64,000 nucleotides of DNA from a virus, in IMG/VR virus record IMGVR_UViG_3300030012_002072, positions 1 through 64,000 of that record; one strand, written 5' to 3'. A model generated the notes under the pieces. That model made no database searches, had not been told where the DNA came from, and saw only the letters and a program-made list of their open reading frames with translations. The position numbers and the translations under genes were made by a program. Shown piece by piece: positions 41,129 to 50,598 of the stretch (position 1 is the stretch's first letter; the number at the start of each line of letters is the position of its first letter).

Positions 41129-41795
41129 ATTTTCCTTCCTGTACTTTATACAAAGACTTAGCTGCTACATGCTTAGCATACTTCCATTCTAGACACTTTG
41201 TACAAACACCGCACGGTCCTTCATCTGTGAAGTCTCCGCTACAAGTCCATACCATTTCTAGTATTCCTGGATTGTCTTTCATGATTAGACTTACCATTTC
41301 TGATTTAGTCATCCACTCAAAAGGAAATAAACTTATTGGAGCAGATAATAAATGTCTAGGATTTAATCCATGTAAATCTAAACTTCTACTTCTACCTGCC
41401 ATCATAGCTCTCAAAGGATATCTCAACTGAAGTCTTTGTCTAAAAGAATCATCAGCATTTGCTCCCCAGATGTGCCATTTAAATTTTATATGTCTATTAC
41501 CTTGTATCAGCATAGCGATAGCTGATTGTCCTTGTAATACAGAATAATTATTAACATCTGTTTCTTGTGGCAAACTTGATTTATCATCCACTACTAATGG
41601 AACTTTAAAATACTTTGCCTGTAATTTTGCAGCTCTTAGTTCTGCATCTGCGAATCTTCCTTTCGCATTAGGATTATAAAGAGCTAGGCATACTGGTTTA
41701 TAACCTTTATTTATTGCATACCACAAAGCGGCAAGGCACTCAAACCCTCCACTTAAATTAACTATGCAGTCTGTGTCTTGTGGGATTTTAACCAT
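41115..41795 (-). CDS. QueC-like PP-loop protein (second copy)
   Basis: LSGGFEC; MTKSEM; WTC...CGVCTKC. Confidence 0.7.
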   Translation of the reverse strand: MVKIPQDTDCIVNLSGGFECLAALWYAINKGYKPVCLALYNPNAKGRFADAELRAAKLQAKYFKVPLVVDDKSSLPQETDVNNYSVLQGQSAIAMLIQGNRHIKFKWHIWGANADDSFRQRLQLRYPLRAMMAGRSRSLDLHGLNPRHLLSAPISLFPFEWMTKSEMVSLIMKDNPGILEMVWTCSGDFTDEGPCGVCTKCLEWKYAKHVAAKSLYKVQEGKYEIY

Positions 41796-42538
41796 TTTAA
41801 TCTTTCTCTATCTCTTTTATCTAGTCCTCTGTTGCACATACTACAGGTCTTACTATATCGCCTGTTTCCTTGCAGTAAATTGTCTTGTAATTCCTTAAAT
41901 GCTTTGCTGTGCCAAACATCTAGGATATTGTCTGTTTCTATGTTGCCATAAATTTCTGAGTTAGTCCAGTCATTGCAACACTTTTGTATTGTTCCATCCC
42001 AATGTACCCATATTTTTACTGATGGAAAGGTACAGGGTGTATCTATTTCGGAAGTATCAGTTGCGATTCGATTATAAATATCGGCTCGATTACTAACTAT
42101 GACTTCTGTTTCTCCCCATTCCTCTGGTTTCATATTCTGATTCCAATATCTATGTTTTGCACGAGGCATTAACTTTTTTCTTTCTTCCATCATTTCTTCA
42201 CTATCATAACTATTTATGATTAGATAATCAAACTCATCAAAATAATGTAGTCTTTGTTTTAACTTATATCCATTAGTTATTATACGAGTTGTGTACTTTC
42301 TATTCGGATGGTGTAGTAATTTTACTAATAAACCAAACTCGGGGTGTAAACTATTTTCTCCCCTGCCTGTAAAACATACTGTGCCTGTATAATCATCTAA
42401 GTCTTGTACAAACTTTCTAAATAGTTCCCAAGACATATACTCTTTTTCATTAGGGTATCCTTGGCTTCTTGGACAGTAATTACAGGTTTTATTGCAGATG
42501 CCACAAACATCTATATTAATGAGGCCTGGCTGTTTCAT
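41762..42538 (-). CDS. Radical SAM protein with SPASM/twitch domain
   Basis: CNKTCNYC; CTFP..WDGTIQKCC..CSMC. Confidence 0.88.
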   Translation of the reverse strand: MKQPGLINIDVCGICNKTCNYCPRSQGYPNEKEYMSWELFRKFVQDLDDYTGTVCFTGRGENSLHPEFGLLVKLLHHPNRKYTTRIITNGYKLKQRLHYFDEFDYLIINSYDSEEMMEERKKLMPRAKHRYWNQNMKPEEWGETEVIVSNRADIYNRIATDTSEIDTPCTFPSVKIWVHWDGTIQKCCNDWTNSEIYGNIETDNILDVWHSKAFKELQDNLLQGNRRYSKTCSMCNRGLDKRDRERLKWLKSHKTQTA

Positions 42539-43046
42539 ACTCCCACCCTGGTGCTTCTTCGTCCATGACAAACACCCAGTTCTTTCTACCTGCTGGGTCA
42601 ATATTTGTTCCTATTTCTCTACAACCTAAATCGAAAAAGACTTGTCTGCCTTTTTCATAGGTTATTTCTAACATCCTTCGTGGTGTACCTAATTGTTTTA
42701 TAAGAAAGTCTCCTCCAGTATTAAAATCATGTATGGACATGCCACCTTTGTAGGCATCCTCACATGCTTGCCGTCTAGCTGCTGGGTATTGATATTCTCT
42801 GCCATCGTCTCCTGTAAAAGTTTTATTTAAACACCATGAGATACAGCCAACCATATTTTGTGGCTCTAATCCTAATACTGTATCATAGTTCATCATCCAA
42901 TAACTATTTTTGTCATAGTGTGCTTCTAAGTCTTGATAACATACTTGATTTCTTACTATGAAACCTTGTATTCGTAACTGTATAATTCTATACAATTCAT
43001 TTGTAGTCAACTCGTCATAATGTTTTACTACTGTTAATATTGACAT
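42516..43046 (-). CDS. ElaA-like GNAT acetyltransferase
   Basis: ELTTNELYRIIQLRIQGFIVRNQVCYQDL. Confidence 0.6.
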   Translation of the reverse strand: MSILTVVKHYDELTTNELYRIIQLRIQGFIVRNQVCYQDLEAHYDKNSYWMMNYDTVLGLEPQNMVGCISWCLNKTFTGDDGREYQYPAARRQACEDAYKGGMSIHDFNTGGDFLIKQLGTPRRMLEITYEKGRQVFFDLGCREIGTNIDPAGRKNWVFVMDEEAPGWEYETARPH

Positions 43047-43573
43047 ATTTCTTCTATAATCTCCCAACATCTTTCCTCTGGTGTCACAAAGTCTGCTATT
43101 GGACACAGAGGACTTTTATTAATATCATAAACTGCCATACCTGGAGTTTCTTCGCCTCGTTTTCGAACTAGTTTGGTAATAGTAGGTTCTTTAACCCATG
43201 CTTTGTGCATATCTCTTGAATCCATAAAGTAGGATTCTCCTTCCTCTATTACTTCAGTTTCAAACTCATGTATTCCTATTTCATCTTTTATGACTGGAAA
43301 ATCTGGACTCTCTCCTTTCTTTAGATAAGAGATACAGTCTATTGTTCTCATGACTTGTTCGCCAATTACTATTAGTCCTCTTTTATTATAGAGTTTACCT
43401 TTTATAACTGTACTTTCAAAGCTAGTTCTATGATTATGATATTCATTTACTACTACTGGAGTAAGAGTAGGATGATAAAAATTCCATCTTTCTCTTGGCG
43501 ATTTGTTTAGCCAAATAAAACCAAGCCCATTCATCTGTGGTTTACGATTCCACTTTTTAAGTGTTTCAATCAT
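43034..43573 (-). CDS. Cupin-like protein
   Basis: HNHRTSFESTVIKG...MHKA. Confidence 0.55.
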   Translation of the reverse strand: MIETLKKWNRKPQMNGLGFIWLNKSPRERWNFYHPTLTPVVVNEYHNHRTSFESTVIKGKLYNKRGLIVIGEQVMRTIDCISYLKKGESPDFPVIKDEIGIHEFETEVIEEGESYFMDSRDMHKAWVKEPTITKLVRKRGEETPGMAVYDINKSPLCPIADFVTPEERCWEIIEEICQY

Positions 43574-44517
43574 ACCCGTTTGACTATTCTTGGAATTATC
43601 TCTCCACTTCGTATAACTTCTACCATGCACCCGATTTCTAATCCAAGTGCCTCTATATAACCCATATTATGTAGTGTAGCTCTACTAACTGTAGCTTCTC
43701 CTATAACGCAAGGTTCTAAGATAGCAACTGGAGAAACTGCACCAGACTTGCCGACATTCCATTCAACATCTAACAATTTAGTAACAACTCCTGCCTGTCT
43801 TGTTTTTATAGCAAATGCGCCACGAGGATGGTGTGATGTGTAGCCTAACGATTCAAATATACTGTTAGAGTCGACTCTTACAACTTTACCATCATTTGGG
43901 AACATGGAGTAATCACTTAGTGTGATTGACTCAATGCCGCTGTCAGATACAAGTTTCATATCTTCTACCCAACTATCAGTTGGACACGGCTGTACACCGT
44001 AAGCTATAAAATCCAGCTCACGATTTTTAAACTCATCTACATCTTTTAGGTTAAGTGCGCCAGAAGCATAATTTCTGGCATTTGGAATAGACTTGGGAGC
44101 TACAACCTCTCCTGTGATTTGGACTAGTCCTTCAATACGAATGTATCTAGGCACAAGAAAGCGCATCTTATCTGTGATGTCTAGTCCTTGTTTACCATCG
44201 CCTCTAGTAAGTGCTTGATGTAACTCTCCGTCTATATAAGTTAAAGAAACTGCAGCACCATCTAATTTAGTTGTCATTATATGTGCGTGTTTAGTAGTCC
44301 ACTCGGGCTCTTTGTCCTCGCCCACAAATACTTTCTGCAAAGAATACATTTGATACGGATGTTTGTATCTTTGCTCGCCAACTTCAATATGCCCAACTTC
44401 ATTTTCCAACTCAGTATTTTCTACAAGTCGGTCATATACTTCGTCAGGGATTAATGGGTTGCCTTCGGCATATGCTTGATTGCATAGGCGAAGATATGCT
44501 TCTAGTTCTTTATTCAT
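43570..44517 (-). CDS. NAD-dependent DNA ligase subunit A (adenylation-OB)
   Basis: KLDG, TRGDG, NARNYASG, RSGEIIPRI. Confidence 0.92.
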   Translation of the reverse strand: MNKELEAYLRLCNQAYAEGNPLIPDEVYDRLVENTELENEVGHIEVGEQRYKHPYQMYSLQKVFVGEDKEPEWTTKHAHIMTTKLDGAAVSLTYIDGELHQALTRGDGKQGLDITDKMRFLVPRYIRIEGLVQITGEVVAPKSIPNARNYASGALNLKDVDEFKNRELDFIAYGVQPCPTDSWVEDMKLVSDSGIESITLSDYSMFPNDGKVVRVDSNSIFESLGYTSHHPRGAFAIKTRQAGVVTKLLDVEWNVGKSGAVSPVAILEPCVIGEATVSRATLHNMGYIEALGLEIGCMVEVIRSGEIIPRIVKRV

Positions 44518-44523
44518 ACATAT

Positions 44524-44562
44524 ATTATATACGATTTTAAACTTGTTGTCAAGAATTATTTT
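44524..44562 (-). promoter_or_regulatory. Sigma70 promoter (predicted leaderless ligase A mRNA)
   Basis: TTGACA 44552-44547, 17 bp, TATAAT 44529-44524, 6 nt, ATG. Confidence 0.85.
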
Positions 44563-44861
44563 TGATAGATGTTGTCGAGGGTCTCTTTGAAATAAGTTGA
44601 CAGAACATCTTTTACTTCTGATATAGACAAGATTTCTACTAAAGAATCGAATAGTGCACGAGTATTCTCAAAGTCCATGCGAATAGCTATACCATCTCTC
44701 GTTGGTTTCCATTCTTCGTCAAAGTCTTGATAATATTTTCTTATGTGTAGATACTCCTCTCCTCGAAAAGTATTTATCATAACAAATATTTTCTCGTGCT
44801 TGTCTTCGTTATAGTTTATTTCTTTTTCGTAAACTGGTGGTGCGCTATGTAATTCTATCAT
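44556..44861 (-). CDS. PC4/YdbC-like ssDNA-binding protein
   Basis: TFRGEEYLHIRKYY..WKPTRDGI. Confidence 0.75.
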   Translation of the reverse strand: MIELHSAPPVYEKEINYNEDKHEKIFVMINTFRGEEYLHIRKYYQDFDEEWKPTRDGIAIRMDFENTRALFDSLVEILSISEVKDVLSTYFKETLDNIYQK

Positions 44862-45117
44862 TCTTCAGTATCTTTGCTAAAGGCACGATAGAAGTTACAT
44901 TGCTTGGTTGTAGTAATCTAAAAGAATCAGTATCCCAACAAAATAATAGTACTTGACTATTATTTGGTCTTGCTCTATTCTTTTTAGACTGTATATACTT
45001 ATTATCAAAATCCATAGTGCAAACATTATATTTCAGTCTGCGACTATTTTGACTTCGATAGGTGATTATTGCATCACCTGCATCGTTTACTATTTTAGTA
45101 AAGTCGTCTTTCTTCAT
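44845..45117 (-). CDS. Conserved T5-like hypothetical protein
   Basis: YNVCTMDF..LLFCWDTDSFRL. Confidence 0.65.
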   Translation of the reverse strand: MKKDDFTKIVNDAGDAIITYRSQNSRRLKYNVCTMDFDNKYIQSKKNRARPNNSQVLLFCWDTDSFRLLQPSNVTSIVPLAKILKNDRIT

Positions 45118-45195
45118 CCGTATCCTTGTGGGTGGTTAATATCTATTAGCGTCCCATCAATGGTTAGGTTGTTGAAAGCTCCTTTTTAAAGATGC

Positions 45196-45228
45196 AAAAA
45201 TAGTGGAGAGCAGTTTCCCACTCCCCAC
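45196..45228 (-). terminator. Intrinsic terminator after D3-like gene
   Basis: GTGGGGAGTGG-GAAA-CTGCTCTCCAC-TATTTTT. Confidence 0.75.
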
Positions 45229-45240
45229 ACTCAGGGGTAG

Positions 45241-45687
45241 TTAATCGTTTAACTTATTTAATAATTCTGCGAAATACATGGCGGCTTTCCCTGTGAGCCT
45301 ACCAATAATAGCGCTGTCTGGTTCTTGTCCCATATCGCTAATCGCATTAGTCAAGGTTTCTTGAGCTGCGGCAACATTAACTCTGCCACCACCTGTCGAA
45401 CCTCCACTAGATTTAACAGCAGGTGTTTTTCTGACATATACACCAGCTTTTGTCAATATCATGCGAACTCCGTTTGGGCTCTCGCCTAACTCTTCTGCAA
45501 TCTGTTTGACTATCTCCATACTATTTTCTGGAGTGGGTTCTTCTGCAGTATACATCTCTACTGCTTGAGCCTTTGCTTCATCAGTCCAAGGCATTTTTCT
45601 TCTCCTTTTATTTTGTTTGTAAGACTCAGGTAGACCTGGTGCCCAACCTGTAGCCTCACGCATTTGCATATAAAATCTGTCACTCAT
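45241..45687 (-). CDS. DNA-binding protein (T5 D3-like); core may start at 45594
   Basis: PWTDE..AVEMY..ESPNGVRMILTKAGVYV..LTGKAA. Confidence 0.8.
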   Translation of the reverse strand: MSDRFYMQMREATGWAPGLPESYKQNKRRRKMPWTDEAKAQAVEMYTAEEPTPENSMEIVKQIAEELGESPNGVRMILTKAGVYVRKTPAVKSSGGSTGGGRVNVAAAQETLTNAISDMGQEPDSAIIGRLTGKAAMYFAELLNKLND

Positions 45688-45713
45688 AGACTTCTTTCCA
45701 TTAATATAAATAT

Positions 45714-45752
45714 ATTATACAAGATGTTTAAGCATGAGTCAAGAACTATTTT
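45714..45752 (-). promoter_or_regulatory. Sigma70 promoter
   Basis: TTGACT 45742-45737, 17 bp, TATAAT 45719-45714. Confidence 0.8.
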
Positions 45753-46109
45753 TTAGAAGCTATAACCATAGGTCATTATATCATCTTTAAATAGTACGGC
45801 AACATAAGTTTTACTCTTAATAGTATACCACCTTCTCCAATCTTCTATTATCTTAACATCATCTAAAATTGATGTATCTTTTGGATGTAGTTTAAACTCT
45901 TTTAGTTCTTGTTGCCAATCATTAAAATTTACAATGTAGTCGCAATCTTTATAAAGCTCTACTTGTGATTTAGGAGCATGGTCTGTTAGCCACTTATCGA
46001 AACCTATATAATTAAAAGAGTAGAAGTATTCTGTCACTACTCTTTCGTATGGATTTCTTATCACTCCTATACTTTTATTATCGCAGGTTAGTAATAAAGC
46101 GTGATTCAC
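45753..46109 (-). CDS. Sulfotransferase-like protein, short/degenerate
   Basis: IRNPYERVVTEY; DDIMTYGYSF; lacks N-terminal PAPS loop. Confidence 0.5.
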   Translation of the reverse strand: MNHALLLTCDNKSIGVIRNPYERVVTEYFYSFNYIGFDKWLTDHAPKSQVELYKDCDYIVNFNDWQQELKEFKLHPKDTSILDDVKIIEDWRRWYTIKSKTYVAVLFKDDIMTYGYSF

Positions 46110-46244
46110 TTTTTAACTCCCTTGCCAATTCTTTTGCATTGTCTACACGATATGGCAATGTATTTGAGTTGAATCTATCTATTCTTTCAACAGCGTCTAT
46201 TAACGCTATAAGTTTTTTAGTACACTCCTGTATTTGATGCTCAC

Positions 46245-46448
46245 TCATATTAATTCCTCTAGTGCTTCTAGTTTATCTTTAGCCTCAGCTAGTACAGCTA
46301 CCCATTTATCAAACTCTGGTAGTAATTCTGAATGTTCTCCAATACCAACAGAGTTCTTGAAGTATGTGCCTAGCACTGCTTCTGCTTCTGCAATTTCAGC
46401 TAGGTATTTAAGTTTTAGTGCTTCAAAATAAGCATTTCCTCTATACAT
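46245..46448 (-). CDS. Conserved small phage protein
   Basis: NSVGIGEH motif. Confidence 0.65.
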   Translation of the reverse strand: MYRGNAYFEALKLKYLAEIAEAEAVLGTYFKNSVGIGEHSELLPEFDKWVAVLAEAKDKLEALEELI

Positions 46449-46719
46449 CTTTTTCTCCCATTAGTGAGGGTATAAACCCACTCATAAATCTTTCCTTCCT
46501 CTTGTCATCAAGAAGAACTGTTATTAAAAATGGTAATAAAAATAAAGTAAAGAACACCCAAATTACTGAGCATAACCAACTCCATTTTACTACTATATTT
46601 TCAGGTTGTAGTTTTTTCACTATTTGTATTGAAGGTATATAGACTTGAAAAAATAACAAGACTACACCTGCTAACCAAAAAGCAAAAATAACATTATATA
46701 TTGAATACGTCCACTCCAT
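46441..46719 (-). CDS. Membrane protein
   Basis: Two TM segments. Confidence 0.55.
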   Translation of the reverse strand: MEWTYSIYNVIFAFWLAGVVLLFFQVYIPSIQIVKKLQPENIVVKWSWLCSVIWVFFTLFLLPFLITVLLDDKRKERFMSGFIPSLMGEKDV

Positions 46720-47413
46720 ATTTTTCTAAGTGTCTTAAGCTTCCTAAGTCATAAGCTAGTGCTGTGCTGTACTTCCCTGCAAATCGTAAGTTTGGAAAAA
46801 AGGTATTACTTAAGTCTGTGCTCTCGATTGTATATATTAGATACATCTTTGCTCCATACTTTTCTTCATAGTTAACTGCCTTTTTAGGGTCGCCTTGACA
46901 AGCATACCCTGCATTTTCAACTTGATGTTGAACAGTTATCTCTCTTTTTATTATTGCTGGGTAATTCTGTCGTATCGCCCAAACTATTTCGCCTTCTTCA
47001 AAACTATCAGATACGCACTGCTCTGGAAGCATTGCATTTCTTATTCCTTCATAGTCGCTTTCTGGGAGTTTCATTGGAACTCCGATTCTTTCGATAATTG
47101 ACTTAACAAAAGCAGGAGAACGATATATTCTCTGTGCTATGTTAGACACATTATCCCCTTGTAAATATCCCTGCACTACAAACTTTATGTCTGATTCTGA
47201 TGCAGGAGTACCTCTGAGTTTGGCTTTCATCCTAGCAGTTCTTTCTATATCTTGTTTATGTTCTGCTATAATATTTCCAAGTCTTGTAGTATTATAAGTT
47301 ATATTTAATATACCACAAGCCTCTTTCTTTGTTATCGGCTTATCTGCCTCTAGCAACTCAATAACTTTTGTTATGTTTTGCTTAGTCAGATTTTCATGTT
47401 TTTTGATTCTCAT
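46694..47413 (-). CDS. T5 D2-like protein
   Basis: TKKEACGILNITYNTTRL; IAQRIYRSPAFVK. Confidence 0.75.
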   Translation of the reverse strand: MRIKKHENLTKQNITKVIELLEADKPITKKEACGILNITYNTTRLGNIIAEHKQDIERTARMKAKLRGTPASESDIKFVVQGYLQGDNVSNIAQRIYRSPAFVKSIIERIGVPMKLPESDYEGIRNAMLPEQCVSDSFEEGEIVWAIRQNYPAIIKREITVQHQVENAGYACQGDPKKAVNYEEKYGAKMYLIYTIESTDLSNTFFPNLRFAGKYSTALAYDLGSLRHLEKYGVDVFNI

Positions 47414-47672
47414 TTTCTACCCCTAGTAAAATAATTGCGTAATGTATTATCTTTAACAAATCGTCTTGGCTCTTTCCATTCTTCTTGCCATATCTTTGGG
47501 CATACTTTATGATATTTCCTAAGCAAAACCCTTCTCCATGACCTGCATCAAATATGAACTCAGTCGATTGTATTTTATTCATGCTGTAATGAGCATGATA
47601 TGTTTGTATTATATGATTTTGTACTTGTTGTAATGTTTCAAGTTCATTAAATTTATATTTATTATCACTCAT
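47394..47672 (-). CDS. DUF3310-like protein
   Basis: GFCLGNIIKYAQRYGKK..DLLKIIHY. Confidence 0.75.
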   Translation of the reverse strand: MSDNKYKFNELETLQQVQNHIIQTYHAHYSMNKIQSTEFIFDAGHGEGFCLGNIIKYAQRYGKKNGKSQDDLLKIIHYAIILLGVENENQKT

Positions 47673-48304
47673 TAACTTTTCTCAGTCGTAAAAAAGCAGA
47701 CTTGCACTAGTCTGCCTGATTTCTTATCATGCCCCCAACCTGCATTGAAAGGTGCATGCCAATATTTTGCTGGATACATAACCAATCGGTTATACACATT
47801 ACCAACATAAGTGTGTAATTCAAACTCCTTTGAATTATCAGACTCCCAGAATCCTCTGAAAGATTCCATACTTATTTTTAAATCTTCTGTTTTTTCAACA
47901 CTTTGTGTTTTAGTATCTCTAAACAACCCTGTTCCATGAGTTACAGGGGCATTAGGAGTAAGATATATTACACTAGCCCATGCTTCTCCATCAATTTCAT
48001 CAGTTACTTTTTCGATGTAATTAGAGAAGTCATGATGTACCCAATTAGTATAGTTTTTTGTCTCCAAACCAAGCGTGAACGCAGTATTGCTATTCTTCTT
48101 GGGAAACCAAACAGCTTGTCTGTTTAGTATGTGTTGTAATCTATTCTTTAAATAAACGAAGTTCTCATTAGAAAAAGAACTTATAGTTCTTTGACCTGGG
48201 AACATAATCTTTTTACCTTTCCGTCCTGGATAGAAAAACTCTTCAAGAGCTTTCTCCCTTATCTCCTCGGGATTAGGATAAAAGTCGTCCTGAATTACAA
48301 TCAT
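47672..48304 (-). CDS. 2OG-Fe(II) oxygenase-like protein
   Basis: DDFYPNP, VHHD, NRLVMY..WH, RLVQVCF. Confidence 0.7.
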   Translation of the reverse strand: MIVIQDDFYPNPEEIREKALEEFFYPGRKGKKIMFPGQRTISSFSNENFVYLKNRLQHILNRQAVWFPKKNSNTAFTLGLETKNYTNWVHHDFSNYIEKVTDEIDGEAWASVIYLTPNAPVTHGTGLFRDTKTQSVEKTEDLKISMESFRGFWESDNSKEFELHTYVGNVYNRLVMYPAKYWHAPFNAGWGHDKKSGRLVQVCFFTTEKS

Positions 48305-48516
48305 TTCTGTAATTCATCAAGTACATCTAATCCGCCCTCAATCTTTGCGAGGTATTCTCTTTTGTCTGCTAGTTGTTTCTCTAGCAATCCCACTTCAGCA
48401 CTTGTTTTCTCGTGCTGAATTTTTAAATTATTACGAAGCATATCACTGTGAGACATAGTCTCAACTGGTTCTTTTGTTATTCCTAATAATTTATCAAGAG
48501 GTATGTCGTTTGCCAT
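48301..48516 (-). CDS. Coiled-coil hypothetical protein
   Basis: Coupled ORF. Confidence 0.55.
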   Translation of the reverse strand: MANDIPLDKLLGITKEPVETMSHSDMLRNNLKIQHEKTSAEVGLLEKQLADKREYLAKIEGGLDVLDELQK

Positions 48517-48688
48517 GTTTTCTTACTCCTGTGCCTAAATGTGTTTCTGTTCCATTAGACTTTCTTAATATTAATTGTCTACGATGGTTTAGAAATTCCA
48601 TTCTTGATTTTAAATAATTTTCTAGTTCTGTGCTTTGTAAATTACTTGGCACAAAAAATGTATACTTCCCTGATTCTACTTTTTTCAT
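48494..48688 (-). CDS. Hypothetical protein
   Basis: Coupled ORF. Confidence 0.5.
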   Translation of the reverse strand: MKKVESGKYTFFVPSNLQSTELENYLKSRMEFLNHRRQLILRKSNGTETHLGTGVRKHGKRHTS

Positions 48689-49284
48689 TTTGCTGTTATT
48701 CTTTTGTCATACCATGCGAGACCTTCATCCCACCAATCGGGAGTGTCTCGGTGTGACCACTTGGCAAATGTTGCTTTGTCAGTATGGTAGTATAAACGAT
48801 AACTACCGACTACATCATCTTCGTCTTTCAACTCATCTGGCATAGCCATACCAAAGGGTGTTTGCCCCTTACGAGGCATATTCTTTGGCTCAGGTAATTT
48901 ATTTATCACTTCCATAACTGACTTGTGCAACTTACCATAACGATAATAATACTCATCATTGAGTGCGTTTGCATAGCAATGCACCCATTCAAAGTTGTCG
49001 AGGCTAGACCTTGTCCATATCGTGCAAGGATGATTATACATCATTGGTAAATATGGAGTTATTGGTCTCTCCTCTAGTGGCAAATGTTTAATCTTTGCCT
49101 TTTCTTCATTCAGAATTTTACTTTCTTCTTTGTTCAATGCACGAGGCACAAAACCAAGAACTTCATCTACCCACACCGCTGTGCACAATAGCTGTGCTGC
49201 CTCGAGAGGCATCTTAACTATATGCTTATCTACATGGTACTGTGCAGATTTATCAAAGTCTTCATCTAAATAAAATAAATTCAT
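48685..49284 (-). CDS. Pyrimidine-dimer DNA glycosylase (DenV-like family)
   Basis: MNLFYLD..HVDKHIVKMPLEAAQLL..NHPCTIW..EYYYRYGKLH. Confidence 0.75.
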   Translation of the reverse strand: MNLFYLDEDFDKSAQYHVDKHIVKMPLEAAQLLCTAVWVDEVLGFVPRALNKEESKILNEEKAKIKHLPLEERPITPYLPMMYNHPCTIWTRSSLDNFEWVHCYANALNDEYYYRYGKLHKSVMEVINKLPEPKNMPRKGQTPFGMAMPDELKDEDDVVGSYRLYYHTDKATFAKWSHRDTPDWWDEGLAWYDKRITAK

Positions 49285-49484
49285 GATATCCAACACTTGT
49301 ATTTGGGACATTCTCCAGTTCGTTCATCGACTGGTGTGCAACAAAAATCACACTCTCCCATATACCATTTTTCAAATTCTCTTGTATCTGAGTTCCACAT
49401 CTGGAAAGAACGAACCGATTCTTTTGGTAAGTCTTCGACCCAGTAGTTGCCAACTCGTTTTAGTTTTGTATTGTCATTTTTCAT
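49281..49484 (-). CDS. Small Cys-rich protein
   Basis: CDFC...CPKYKC; follows promoter. Confidence 0.55.
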   Translation of the reverse strand: MKNDNTKLKRVGNYWVEDLPKESVRSFQMWNSDTREFEKWYMGECDFCCTPVDERTGECPKYKCWIS

Positions 49485-49490
49485 AATAAT

Positions 49491-49529
49491 ATTATACTAA
49501 ATTTTTTACTTATTGTCAAGAACTATTTT
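49491..49529 (-). promoter_or_regulatory. Sigma70 promoter (predicted leaderless)
   Basis: TTGACA 49519-49514, 17 bp, TATAAT 49496-49491, 6 nt, ATG. Confidence 0.85.
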
Positions 49530-49891
49530 CCAAATGCTCTTCCTGCTTCACTGATACCAAATGCTCCTAATGTGACCACTACTAATGAGGTATAGATTGT
49601 ATCTGAAAATAACAAATCTTGTCCCATAAATGCAGTAATCAAGTCGCAAATGGCAAAAATCATCATAAAGCCGAAAGAGATAAAACCTATAATGGCTTTC
49701 TCGTTTACATCATTGTCATCTAAGAATAAATCAATAAACTTTCTTTTAGGAGGTGCAAGTCTTTTCTTAGCTTCTGCAGCTTCGAGTTGCATTTCCTTAA
49801 TAGTATCTTCTGCATTATCGAGTTTTTCGATAAGCGACATATACTTATCTAAGTCTATCTCTACTTCATTCCTGTCATTATCCTTTCCCAT
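49523..49891 (-). CDS. Two-TM membrane protein with coiled coil (holin candidate)
   Basis: Two C-terminal TM helices. Confidence 0.5.
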   Translation of the reverse strand: MGKDNDRNEVEIDLDKYMSLIEKLDNAEDTIKEMQLEAAEAKKRLAPPKRKFIDLFLDDNDVNEKAIIGFISFGFMMIFAICDLITAFMGQDLLFSDTIYTSLVVVTLGAFGISEAGRAFGK

Positions 49892-49899
49892 AGTATCTC

Positions 49900-50598
49900 C
49901 TATGGTTTCCAGTCGTACCACTCCCTTCTTCTGTAAGGCTTCCCTGGGGTTGCCTCTTGAAAATGAAACGAGATTGATATTCGTGGGCTTAGAGTATCAA
50001 CTCTATGAAATTTTCCTTTCGGAATATATAGCAAATCCCCGTCATCAAGCTCCACAACCTCTTCTAATGTTGCGTCTCCTAGCCTTTGATGACCGAGGTC
50101 TTTGCTAAACTCTTCATAAATGTACCAGCGTATTTTACCTGATACATGAAATAAAAAATTATCTGTTGAATCTGCGTGTATTGGAAAGCAGTGTGCATCT
50201 TTACGCTTACTGCAATATATGTTTGCCTGTCCTATACCATAAACCTTTTCAAACTCTTGGCATTGTTTCCACATATTTCCATTCAAAAACTCACTTAGTG
50301 TGAGTATGAAACTACTTCCTTGATTCCAAAAATCTAATATCTGTTCTCTACTATATTGTTCTTTATGTTTCTTTTTACACCACTTATTACCATTTGGTAA
50401 TACTACTTGTAGTTGGGGAGTTCTATCCCATTGTCCGACTTTTATCTGATTAAGATAGTTATCAAACTCATGCCAACTAAAATGGTGTTTAAATATATTA
50501 GTTTTTGACTTTATTACAAAGTGCTTCTTGCCTTTAAACTCATCAAAGAATCTTTCACGAGTTATTGGATTAATTAAGTTATCAAAGGGAATTGGCAA
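49900..50598 (-). CDS. JmjC/cupin-4 oxygenase
   Basis: HADSTDNFLFHVSGKIRW; GDLLYIPKGKFH. Confidence 0.85.
   Translation of the reverse strand: MPIPFDNLINPITRERFFDEFKGKKHFVIKSKTNIFKHHFSWHEFDNYLNQIKVGQWDRTPQLQVVLPNGNKWCKKKHKEQYSREQILDFWNQGSSFILTLSEFLNGNMWKQCQEFEKVYGIGQANIYCSKRKDAHCFPIHADSTDNFLFHVSGKIRWYIYEEFSKDLGHQRLGDATLEEVVELDDGDLLYIPKGKFHRVDTLSPRISISFHFQEATPGKPYRRREWYDWKP

Noticed and set aside
29152-41795. 7-deazaguanine DNA modification system
   Set aside because: No FolE, QueD or DpdA seen; PP-loop motifs diverge; the radical SAM is SPASM-type rather than QueE
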